DNA from: Candidatus Latescibacterota bacterium
GTDB lineage: Bacteria; Latescibacterota; UBA2968; GCA-2709665
NCBI GenBank assembly: GCA_965248435.1
Contig: OZ252100.1
Coordinates: 4,416,001-4,480,000, forward strand
Length of the DNA stretch: 64,000 bases
Direction: 5' to 3'
Part shown: positions 1-8,671 of the stretch, piece by piece
How positions within the stretch are numbered: position 1 is the stretch's first letter
Layout: each line of letters starts with the position of its first letter
Translations under genes and position numbers: made by a program
Notes under the pieces: generated by a model
Seen by the model: only the letters and a program-made list of their open reading frames with translations
What the model was told of the DNA's origin: nothing
The model's database searches: none

Positions 1-175
1 CGTTCGCGTGGCCCGAGAATACACGAGGCAGGGCGTTCCCCTCTCAGACCTTATCAGTGCCGGGAACATCGGACTGATCTGTGCTGCGGAAAGATTTGAC
101 GAAACGAGGGGGGTGAGGTTCATTTCGTATGCCGTCTGGTGGATCCGGCAGGCCGTTCTTCAAACGCTCGCCGAG
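1..175 (+). pseudogene. RNA polymerase sigma-70 (RpoD/SigA-like) factor fragment, region 2; starts before window, truncated at ~175
   Basis: [56 protein letters not shown] matches region 2.1-2.4 (compare paralogue at 44199-45080); similarity stops abruptly after LAE. Confidence 0.85.
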
Positions 176-1198
176 TCTGCTGACCGAAATGGGACTTTCG
201 TTGGCGTAGACGACGTCCTGGTGAAGCACGAATTCGGGTCGCAGAAAGTCGGCCGGACCAACGGCACCTCCCAGGTGGTCACTCCGGCCATAGGCCCAGT
301 GAAAGCCGGCCTTCTCATCTTCCAACACATTTCCCCATACAACTGCCGCCTGATTGCACCCCAGAGCGAACTCCGCGATGTTTCTCCGCGCGGGATCAGC
401 TTCGAAGACCGCGCGCAGGTCTGTCGAGGCAGGCCCTTGGCCGTGGACGTTGACGATTCGATTGGCCTCCACCTGAAGGATCACGGTCTCGTGGCCTGAA
501 CTGACCGGGATTTCTCCCTGTGTCGTGCTGGGGTCATCCGGCCGCTCTCCTTCGTAAGGTACCAAAAACGTCTCACCGCTCGGTAAGTTGATGACCGACC
601 CCTCAGACTTGTGACGGGGAAGCTGACCGTCGTCCATCTTCACCTCCCGGTGGCGAAGGTCCACCTGCCATTCGTGACCGGTCGAGAAGGTGACCCTCGC
701 CGCAACAGCACCCTCGAGTTTGGAAGCAAGAAGGCGACACCTCCGAGTGACCTCCTGATAATCAGCGGAAAGTGCGGTTTGCTCCATTCGCCTTGCAACG
801 CCGGGAAGTGAAGCGGCACGGAAGTCGGCGTGCGCCTCGGCCCAGCCGACGAGTGGGGCCGTGGCTGAATGCTCTGTAAGCCCCACAGCCAGTGTTGCCT
901 GACCCAGGGCGTCTGCAAGCGAAAGGGGGCTTCCCTTTTCCAGGGGCAGACCTGCGTTGTGCCCCGCGGTGGCCGGGAAGGTTATCAGGGGTAGGACAGA
1001 GAATCCAACCTGGCTCGAGAGGGATACGAAGGCGGCGTGCCATTCGGCAGCCATAACCCGGCGCTCAGACCACAGCGGGTTGTCTTGCAGCTGTCCGTGA
1101 GGGGCGTCGGCGAAGACGAGTACGCGCTCATCCGCTTCGAGATGAAAGACGTCCGTGTAGAGCCTGTGAAGGTCAAGGGCCATGGCTAACCTGCGCAC
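176..1198 (-). CDS. M29-like (thermophilic metalloprotease/aminopeptidase) family protein, native 3' end apparently lost at junction ~176
   Basis: Motifs [44 protein letters not shown]; the ORF track extends to 44 only by reading antisense through the sigma fragment. Confidence 0.7.
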
Positions 1199-1396
1199 GT
1201 CCTAGCTGCAGCGTGAGTCGATCTGTTGAATAATCGAAGTAATGAACAAGAAGGGAGATCTGCAAGTCGGATTTACTTGGCTTGTGGGGGCTTGACCCGT
1301 GTGTAGATAGCGGTTACATTGCCGTCGAATCTTGAACATCGAGTCCGGACGAGATTGTGACGAGTTTCGAATGACAGACGACGAAAGGAACGGTCC

Positions 1397-2044
1397 GTGA
1401 GGCGGGCACTGGTGGTATACGGGGGATGGGATGGGCACGAGCCCCGAGCTTGTGTGGACGTCTTCGTTCCGCTCCTGAATGAAGACGGATTCGACGTAGA
1501 GCTGTCGGACACGCTGGAGGTCTACCGGGATCTGGATCGAATCGAGGGCCTCGGGCTGATCGTTCAATGCTGGACGATGGGAACGATCTCGAAAGAAGAA
1601 GAAAAAGGCCTGCTAGATGCTGTAAAGGAAGGGGTGGGGTTTGCGGGGTGGCACGGGGGGACCGGCGACGCGTTTCGAAACAATCCGACCTTTCAGTGGA
1701 TGGTGGGGGGGCAGTTCGTGTCCCATCCTGGGGGCATCAGGGACTACGGGGTCCAGATTGTTGATCGCGAGGATCCGATCACCCGGGGAATCGACGATTT
1801 CAAGATGCGATCCGAGCAGTACTATATGCACGTGGATCCCTCGAACGAGGTGCTGGCCACGACGAGGTTTGATGCGTCGGAGGCATCGTGGGTAAACGGG
1901 TGCGTGATGCCGGTCGCGTGGAAACGGATGTGGGGAAAAGGGCGCGTGTTCTATTCGTCTTTGGGTCATAAAGTCGTGGATTTCGAAACCGTGGAAGCCC
2001 GAGAGATACAGCGACGCGGAATGGCCTGGGCGGCGAGCGATTGA
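1397..2044 (+). CDS. ThuA-like (trehalose utilisation/class I GATase-like) domain protein
   Basis: [51 protein letters not shown]. Confidence 0.85.
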   Translation: MRRALVVYGGWDGHEPRACVDVFVPLLNEDGFDVELSDTLEVYRDLDRIEGLGLIVQCWTMGTISKEEEKGLLDAVKEGVGFAGWHGGTGDAFRNNPTFQWMVGGQFVSHPGGIRDYGVQIVDREDPITRGIDDFKMRSEQYYMHVDPSNEVLATTRFDASEASWVNGCVMPVAWKRMWGKGRVFYSSLGHKVVDFETVEAREIQRRGMAWAASD

Positions 2045-2057
2045 TCGGACTGAAGGC

Positions 2058-2086
2058 TTGACTTCAAGCATGGCGTAATGTATTTT
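2058..2086 (+). promoter_or_regulatory. sigma-70 promoter of tRNA-Cys
   Basis: TTGACT-17 bp-TATTTT ending 22 bp upstream of the tRNA. Confidence 0.7.
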
Positions 2087-2108
2087 TCTGAACAGACATA
2101 GGAAAATA

Positions 2109-2183
2109 GGCGACGTAGCCAAGTGGTAAGGCAGGGGCCTGCAAAGCCCTCATTCGGCGGTTCGAATCCGCCCGTCGCCTCCA
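2109..2183 (+). tRNA. tRNA-Cys(GCA)
   Basis: GGCGACG/CGTCGCC acceptor stem, anticodon loop CT-GCA-AA, GGTTCGAATCC T-loop, encoded CCA. Confidence 0.97.
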
Positions 2184-2352
2184 AACATAGATGCGTCGTG
2201 ATCCAATCTGCAGCGGCTGCCTCGGCAAAAGAGGCAGCCGTTTCTTCGTTTCGGGGCCCATAGTTGAGAGGAACCACGGCAGGAGCGCTGGGGGTGGGAC
2301 TAGACTGCGAGTGCTGAGGGATTGGAGGAGTAAGGGAAAGAAGCGCGAGCGT

Positions 2353-2513
2353 TGGAGTAATGGAGTAATGGGAAGGCAGGGATTTTCACTCCAACACTCC
2401 AGTACTGCAATACTCCATGTCCGGGGAGTTGAAAGCTGGAGTCGTGGGAGTGTTTAGGTAATGGAGTAATGAAGAGGAAGGTCTTCCGACACTCCAGTAC
2501 TGCAATACTCCAG
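2353..2513. repeat. Two inverted-repeat elements built of 8-nt units (TGGAGTAA ... TACTCCA)
   Basis: Exact 24-bp repeat ACACTCCAGTACTGCAATACTCCA at 2394-2417 and 2489-2512, each preceded by complementary TGGAGTAA units. Confidence 0.85.
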
Positions 2514-2562
2514 AATCATGAAGCTGGGCGGCATGGATTCCGCGCTATGCATTTCCTCTTGC

Positions 2563-2591
2563 TTGACAACCTGTACCACGTTACCTATTTT
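2563..2591 (+). promoter_or_regulatory. sigma-70 promoter of tRNA-Leu
   Basis: TTGACA-17 bp-TATTTT. Confidence 0.75.
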
Positions 2592-2610
2592 CGATTCTTC
2601 ATCGGATGGT

Positions 2611-2699
2611 GCCGGGATGATGGAATTGGTAGACATAGGGGACTTAAAATCCCCCGGGCGGTTTCGCCCGTGCCGGTTCGAGTCCGGCTCCCGGCACCA
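2611..2699 (+). tRNA. tRNA-Leu(TAA)
   Basis: GCCGGGA/TCCCGGC acceptor stem, GGGGA-CT-TAA-AA-TCCCC anticodon arm, long variable arm, GGTTCGAGTCC, CCA. Confidence 0.97.
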
Positions 2700-2766
2700 A
2701 CCTTTCGGAAACTCTCCGTTACGGACTACCCCCTCTACCCGAAAACCCATTTTGGAAGGAACGGAC

Positions 2767-2975
2767 TTAAGGAAGTCCCTTTCCCAGAGAGACGTTGAGG
2801 TAGAAGCCCGCTGGATTCACTTTCAGAAGGATGTCGCCAGAGGGTCTCACCAAGATCTTTTCAATATTCCTGCTGCTCGCAGAACTGCCGACATTTGTCT
2901 ACTTGAGCTTTGACCGATTCCGGCCTTGCCTTGGCGGCTTCGATATGCCTTTCGGACGTCTACCAGCGCTCGAAT
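2767..2975 (-). pseudogene. Probable large serine recombinase relic (N- and C-terminal scraps joined by internal deletion)
   Basis: Manual translation across frameshifts: IRALVDVRK...ESVKAQVDKCRQFCEQQEY, then IEKILVRPSGDILLKVNPAGFY; points toward the tRNA 3' end. Confidence 0.45.
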
Positions 2976-3024
2976 CTCCGATTGGCCGGCCGCTTCGTCA
3001 GTATCCAGAACAGCACAGCTTGCC

Positions 3025-4350
3025 ATGAGAAACTCCTTTCCTCCATCACCTTTGGATCGCTCGACCCTGGTCCGGCGGACCTACTGGGTTCTTCTCGGAC
3101 TGTCCGCCTGTCTGCATTTTGCTGTTTTGGCGGATTACGTAGCGACCAAGAGCGACACGCCCTTTCTGCTCGGATTCTCAAAGAGCAAGTTTGCACTGAT
3201 CGCCCTGTATGTCTGCTTCATCGTCTCTCACCTGGGCCTATTGTTTGCCTCGTATCGCGTTCTGAAGTCAGGGCCTGTTCTTATGGCAACCGTATGTTCG
3301 CTCATATACGCATCGATAGAGGTGGGGTTCAGGTATCACGGATTTGGGCTGATTACGCCTGCTGAGATCTATCGGGTAAGCTATAGGCGGAGCGTACCGA
3401 ATGAGTTCCTGTATATTGGACAAGAGTTACTTCGGCCCAAAGAATTTAAGACCTGGGTCAGAATTAACTCACGTGGGTACAACGATCTTGAGAGGGACTG
3501 CAGATCCGAGGAAGACAAGACCTACAAGGTCGTGCTTCTTGGTGATTCCTATGTTGCAGGCTTCCAGATCGAGCAGGAAGACCACCTGCATCGACGACTA
3601 GAACCGTTACTGGAAAAGGCTTGGGGTCGAGATGTCAAGGTCATCGCAGTCGGCAAGAACGGTCAGGGATTGACCTGGCAGCTCCAAATACTCCCGGAGA
3701 CACTTGCATGCTATCGTCCCCAACTTGTGATCTCGGCCTATGGGGCCTGGTATCAGAGGCGAGAAGGCGGACTCAGGAAGCTTCTGGGTGTCACCAAGGA
3801 AATGGACGATTCCTGGCTTAGAAGTAGAGCGCAGGCGCGGTCATACTATTATTGGTTGTACCACAACCCGATCTTACATGCGATAATCTGGAGAAATCTC
3901 TCGAACACTGCTGGGTACATTTTGATACGAACGGCAAATGTTCTGGATCGACAGTCTCGAAGTCAGGCAAGAACACCTGCGGAGAATGCAAAATTGCTGA
4001 TGGATCACGGACGGGATTTCCGGCTGGCGTACCGGGAGATGCAACGATTGCTCGAACCTTATCAGGCGAAACTTTTCGTGGCTATATATTCTGGTAGTGG
4101 AGGTGGTATTCCATACTATCGAAATCCCACAGGAGACCCGTCAATCTGGGTCGAGCGCGAATCCATTGCCGAACGTGCGTTACAGGAGATGGACTTACCA
4201 TACGTCAACCTTTCGAAGCGGTTCGCAGAACTCGGCTACTCGAAGGAAACCTTAAACTACAAGTTCGATGGGCACTGGCGGGCAGAGGGACATCTTCGGG
4301 GGGCGGAGGAAATAGCCCTATCCCTCCAGAAGATGCATGTCTCACACTGA
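3025..4350 (+). CDS. Membrane-anchored SGNH/GDSL hydrolase-like (AlgJ/AlgX-type) protein
   Basis: N-terminal TM helices, INSRGYND, VVLLGDSYVAG (Ser), DGHW (Asp/His); start uncertain (ORF from 2926). Confidence 0.7.
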   Translation: MRNSFPPSPLDRSTLVRRTYWVLLGLSACLHFAVLADYVATKSDTPFLLGFSKSKFALIALYVCFIVSHLGLLFASYRVLKSGPVLMATVCSLIYASIEVGFRYHGFGLITPAEIYRVSYRRSVPNEFLYIGQELLRPKEFKTWVRINSRGYNDLERDCRSEEDKTYKVVLLGDSYVAGFQIEQEDHLHRRLEPLLEKAWGRDVKVIAVGKNGQGLTWQLQILPETLACYRPQLVISAYGAWYQRREGGLRKLLGVTKEMDDSWLRSRAQARSYYYWLYHNPILHAIIWRNLSNTAGYILIRTANVLDRQSRSQARTPAENAKLLMDHGRDFRLAYREMQRLLEPYQAKLFVAIYSGSGGGIPYYRNPTGDPSIWVERESIAERALQEMDLPYVNLSKRFAELGYSKETLNYKFDGHWRAEGHLRGAEEIALSLQKMHVSH

Positions 4351-4494
4351 GACCACAGCCAGAAAGAAACGGTTTCTTGATGGTTGCAGAATTTGCCTTT
4401 TGGTGGTAACCAGGCTCCCGGTACCAACTGAAAGGGAAACCCGGCAAGGATCTGTCAGGGGACGGTTTCAAGAGCACTTCAGAGGGAGGATTCC

Positions 4495-5385
4495 ATGGCG
4501 GACCAGACCTATCGCGTGGCACCCAAGGGGTTCACGCCCGAGCAGTGGGAGGAATTCATGGAAGAGTGACTTCTCGTGATCGAGAACGCCCTTTCTCAGG
4601 ATGAAGTGGACACCTATCTCGAGGCCATCGACCGATGCTGCACAGTTGACGCGAAATACGACCCCGGCAAGTTCTATATGACTGAGAATATGGTCGAAAG
4701 AGACCCAGCTTTCGCGGAGTTGATCGATCACCCCCGGCACGTCGGCTATGTCTACGACATCTACGGCGAACTGCTGAAGCTGCACATATCACAGATCTTC
4801 ATTCGCCCGCCTGATGGTGCTCACAACCATTGGCATCACGACGGCCCACGCGTTGTGCCGTATGCGGTTTTCGCACCGGAATTGCCGCTTCAGGTTAAGA
4901 TCAGCTATTGGCTCACCGATCTTCCCAGTGCCATGATGGGTAACTTCGTCTACATGCCGGGAAGTCACCGGTCCCAATACTCCGAGCATTACCACACACA
5001 CGAGAACGTGAATGGCGAGAGAATCCTCTGCGTTCCCAGTGGGACTATGACGCTGACGCAGTGCAACACCTGGCATCGGGTAGAACCCAACAAGAGCGAT
5101 GTGGTGCGGAAAAACATCTTTCTGTCCTACTGCCCTTCATGGATCTGTGAGGGTGACCGGTACGCGTCTTCTCCGGAGTGGCTCAAGACGCTAAATCGGG
5201 AACAGAGCATTATCATGCGGAGCTATTCCTACGGTTATGACCGGGCCAAGCCGCCTGCCGAAGACTTCCCGCTCTTTCTAGACCGCGAAACAGGTAGCGA
5301 CTCCGACGCCGATACGCCTGTCCCGTTGAAGCAGCGGAAGCGACGCACGATGCACGAGAAGCTTAGGATGTTTGTGCCCGCTTGA
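4495..5385 (+). pseudogene. Phytanoyl-CoA dioxygenase (PhyH) family Fe(II)/2OG dioxygenase with in-frame TGA at 4567-4569
   Basis: GGAGG RBS then ATG 4495: MADQ...FTPEQWEEFMEE*LLVIENAL; WHHDG, PGSH, WHR motifs; could still be expressed from GTG 4576. Confidence 0.75.
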
Positions 5386-5639
5386 CCTGAATAGGCCGGT
5401 ATGAGGTATGCCCGTCTGAGAGACATTAAAAACTGGAAGGATAGAGAGAGCTGGAGGCCGACCTATGTCGCCAAATTCTGTAATCCATCTGATGGATTTC
5501 TTTCCTGGGCCATCGACAGTATGGGTGCGGTCTTTACGATATAAGTTTGGAATGGAGAAACTAAAAGATAGACTACCATGATTCCGTCAGAGCCGCGGTT
5601 TAAACTCATGGCAATGAGCAGACGTTCGGCATATTTTAC

Positions 5640-5670
5640 AGCTCCAAAGAGGATCCTTTGGAGCTTTTTT
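5640..5670 (+). terminator. Intrinsic terminator-like hairpin
   Basis: AGCTCCAAAG-6 nt-CTTTGGAGCT followed by T run. Confidence 0.55.
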
Positions 5671-5741
5671 AATGCCTCGATCTACATTCTCCCTGGAATT
5701 CCAACGACACCTCACGCCAGGGACGCCGTCGGAGGCTTGAT

Positions 5742-7253
5742 TTGGACACCCGTTACGACGTGATTGTTGTTGGCGGCGGCGGCAGCGGTCTGGCCGCTGC
5801 GGTAAGCGCCGCCGAGAATGGGGCCTCAGTGATTTTGCTGGAAAAAGAGGCGCAGCTCGGGGGTACCACCGGGATTGCGGTAGGTTCGTTTACGGCCAAC
5901 CGGACCCGGATGCAGGAGCAGGCCGGGATCGACGACCACCTGGAGGCCCACGTCGAAGACGCGGGCGGATTTGCCGCACCCGAGATCGAGGCGCGAAACG
6001 CTGCGGGACTGCGGCGGTTTTTCTTGAGCCACACCGCGGAAACCCTTCACTGGTTGATGGGGATGGGAGTGCAGTTTCAGGGGCCGAACCCGGAGCCGCC
6101 CAATCGAGTGCCCCGCATGCACAACGTGGTGCCGGGAGCCAAGGCTTATGTCGCTACGCTTCAAGCCAGGCTGCTCCAAGAAGGCGGTACGATTTTGTGC
6201 AGAGCCCCGGTAGAGAACCTGGTTCGGGTTGGCGGGCAGGTCACGGGCGTGGTCGCACGTGTAGATGGAGCAGAAACCCGCCTTGCGGCGGATCGGGGCG
6301 TGGTGCTCGCCGCGGGCGACTATTCCAGCGCACCGGATCTCATCGGTCGGTTCAAGGGGGACCGGTTTACCGAGATAGAAGGGATCAACCCGCATTCCCA
6401 CGGGGATGGGCACAGGCTTGCGGAGGAGGCCGGGGGCAGGTTGGTGAACATGGACCTGACCTATGGCCCGGAGATCCGTTTTGTGGCGCCGGAGGGTCGG
6501 ACGTTTCAACAACTTCTGCCCGTAGGGGGTCCGGTCGCGGCGATGATGGGGAGACTGGTTTCTCTCACGCCTAAGTTCATATTTAACGCGCTGATCCTGC
6601 GGCTGCTGGTGACGTGGCAGCATCCTGAAGAGGCCCTGTTTGAAGACGGGGCGATCCTGATCAATGCGAAAGGTCGGAGATTCTGCGATGAAACCCGTTG
6701 TCCTGACCGTGAGATCGCGATTGCAGGGCAGCCGGGCAAGGTCTGCTATATACTGCTGGACGAGCGGCTGATCGAGCGGTACAGCCGCTGGCCTCATTTC
6801 ATCTCGACGGCGCCCGAGATCGCTTATGCCTATGTGGATGACTATTTGAGGCTGCGGCGGGACGTGGCGGTGGCCGGTCCTTCTCCGGCGGCGGTCGCCC
6901 GCAGACGGGACATTCCGGTTGAGGCCCTTGAAAAGACGGTGGCGGCCTACAATCGAGAGGCTGGGGCCGCGGACAGGCCTGCATTGCAGGGAAACCGGTG
7001 GGTACTGCTGGGGCCGGCCAAGGCGTATTTTACTACAACGGAGGGCGGCGCTGCGATCAACGAGCAGTTCCAGGTGCTGGACAAGAGCGACCGTCCCTTA
7101 CCCGGGCTGTATGCCGTAGGACAGAACGGCTTGGGCGGGCAGGTGCTGTGGGGTCACGGGCTGCACATCGCGTGGGCGATGACGAGCGGACGGATGGTAG
7201 GTGCACTGCTTGCGCGTGGAGGGGCGGGCAGGCAACAAGATCGTGTCGGGTAA
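5742..7253 (+). CDS. FAD-dependent oxidoreductase (FAD_binding_2; fumarate reductase/ketosteroid dehydrogenase-like)
   Basis: DVIVVGGGGSGLAAA, LEK..QLGGTT, VVLAAGDY, GDG, TTTEGG, LPGLYAVG; GGAGG before TTG. Confidence 0.85.
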   Translation: MDTRYDVIVVGGGGSGLAAAVSAAENGASVILLEKEAQLGGTTGIAVGSFTANRTRMQEQAGIDDHLEAHVEDAGGFAAPEIEARNAAGLRRFFLSHTAETLHWLMGMGVQFQGPNPEPPNRVPRMHNVVPGAKAYVATLQARLLQEGGTILCRAPVENLVRVGGQVTGVVARVDGAETRLAADRGVVLAAGDYSSAPDLIGRFKGDRFTEIEGINPHSHGDGHRLAEEAGGRLVNMDLTYGPEIRFVAPEGRTFQQLLPVGGPVAAMMGRLVSLTPKFIFNALILRLLVTWQHPEEALFEDGAILINAKGRRFCDETRCPDREIAIAGQPGKVCYILLDERLIERYSRWPHFISTAPEIAYAYVDDYLRLRRDVAVAGPSPAAVARRRDIPVEALEKTVAAYNREAGAADRPALQGNRWVLLGPAKAYFTTTEGGAAINEQFQVLDKSDRPLPGLYAVGQNGLGGQVLWGHGLHIAWAMTSGRMVGALLARGGAGRQQDRVG

Positions 7254-7286
7254 CGCCACGAAACTGAATACCTACTGGAGAATTGG

Positions 7287-8330
7287 ATGGCCAAACAACT
7301 GAACATCGCAATCATCGGCTGCGGCGGGATCAGCAATTCTCACATGCCCAATATTCTCAAGACGCCGGAGATGCGGCTTGTGGCGACGATGGATCTGGTG
7401 GAGGAGGCGGAACGCCCGAATGGAAAACGGTTTGGCGCGAAGGTGCGCGCAGAGGAGGGCAACGCGGATTATTTCACGACCGACCTGGACCGCGTGCTTT
7501 CCGACCCCGACATAGACGCGGTGTTGATCATGTCGACGCACGACACGCACGCAGAGATCGTCCAGAAGGCCTGCGCTGCGGGCAAGCAGATATTCTGCGA
7601 GAAGCCGCTGGCGATGACGATGGAGGAGGCCAGGGCCATCCAGAAGGCGGTCCACGAGTCGGGCGTTCGGTTGATGGCGGGATGGTGGTTTAAACACTCG
7701 CCGGTGACGAAGCGGCTGCGCGAAGTGATCCACCAGCCGTATTACACCCTCTTTACCTGTCGAGTCAGGCGCCCGGGACCTGACGATCGCCACGGTCCCT
7801 ACGGCCGCAGCGGGCTGCTTGACAACTCCGGCTACAACATCCACTGGATCTGGCACGTGATGCGGTCTCAGCCCGTCGAGGTGTTCGCGATGGGGTACGA
7901 AGGACGGCCCACCAACACCAGTACGATCGTCATCCGGTTCGAAAACGGGGGGGTTGCCACTTCTGTTTACAGCACTGTGGGTACGGGCGGCATTCTCCCC
8001 AAGCATTACGCCGAGGTCCACGCCGGTTCGATGAGCGCGGCCACGCTTCGGTTCGGGAACCTGGTGTTCGAGGGAACGGACGAGCCCGGCATCGAGGAGA
8101 ACGACTACCACAACGGATTCGATGAGGAAATGGGGATGTTTGCCCGGCTTTGCCTGGAGGGAGGGCCGAGCCCGATGGACGCGTGGGAGGCGTGTATTCC
8201 CACACTGATCTTCGAAAAGGCAATTGAGTCGATGCGCACAAGACAGCCGGTGCCTGTGGACCTCTCGAAGGAGTTCTACGTTCCCGGCGGCAAACTGCCT
8301 GCCAGCATCGAACGGTTCGGAGACGCATGA
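7287..8330 (+). CDS. Gfo/Idh/MocA family oxidoreductase
   Basis: IAIIGCGGIS, DPDIDAV, GKQIFCEKPLA. Confidence 0.9.
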   Translation: MAKQLNIAIIGCGGISNSHMPNILKTPEMRLVATMDLVEEAERPNGKRFGAKVRAEEGNADYFTTDLDRVLSDPDIDAVLIMSTHDTHAEIVQKACAAGKQIFCEKPLAMTMEEARAIQKAVHESGVRLMAGWWFKHSPVTKRLREVIHQPYYTLFTCRVRRPGPDDRHGPYGRSGLLDNSGYNIHWIWHVMRSQPVEVFAMGYEGRPTNTSTIVIRFENGGVATSVYSTVGTGGILPKHYAEVHAGSMSAATLRFGNLVFEGTDEPGIEENDYHNGFDEEMGMFARLCLEGGPSPMDAWEACIPTLIFEKAIESMRTRQPVPVDLSKEFYVPGGKLPASIERFGDA

Positions 8331-8544
8331 GACCGTGGATCGGCGTTCGTCGATGGAAATCGTAACAACTGGGCTCGGACCGAACGCAAATCAGAATTGT
8401 GGATTCCTACATCTTCTCATACTAAATTATCGTCTCAGATTTGATGTCGCCGGAACCGCTTTGCAGTAGGTTGAAGTATGTAGCACAAATTTACCATTGG
8501 TGGGAACCGGGCTCCCGGCACCAACAACAAATAAGTAAGATTTG

Positions 8545-8586
8545 AAGGCACTTGTGCGCCATCTTGAGAACATTGCAAGTGCCTTT
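8545..8586 (+). terminator. Hairpin right after the last att copy, possibly the displaced tRNA terminator
   Basis: AAGGCACTTG...CAAGTGCCTTT inverted repeat. Confidence 0.4.
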
Positions 8587-8671
8587 ACTACAGTGGGAAA
8601 TCTTGCCCGAGTTTCGGAAATTGCCGAGCAAGATCAGGCGCCATTGGACTTTGTCAACGCGCCCTGAAACA

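Larger units (their letters stand above)
2686..8525. mobile_element. Two tandem degenerate integrative elements at the tRNA-Leu 3' end (att cores 2686-2701, 4413-4428, 8510-8525)
   Basis: GGCTCCCGGCACCAAC repeated exactly at 8510 and with one mismatch at 4413; both copies share the upstream arm TTGGTGG(T/G)AACC(A/G). Confidence 0.75.

Noticed and set aside
2353-2513. CRISPR array
   Set aside because: Only two copies, internally periodic, no unique-spacer series and no cas genes
2454-2913. ORFs 2454-2750, 2469-2798 and 2518-2913 as genes
   Set aside because: They overlap tRNA-Leu; only the short att-proximal part is used, as recombinase-relic evidence
4567-4569. TGA as selenocysteine or genetic-code-25 glycine
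   Set aside because: The position corresponds to Gly, not Cys, and many intact genes here end in TGA
5826-8111. Long antisense ORFs (5826-6797, 7272-8111; likewise 23122-23874, 44244-45068, 57423-58403)
   Set aside because: Shadows of well-supported genes in GC-rich DNA with no recognisable motifs
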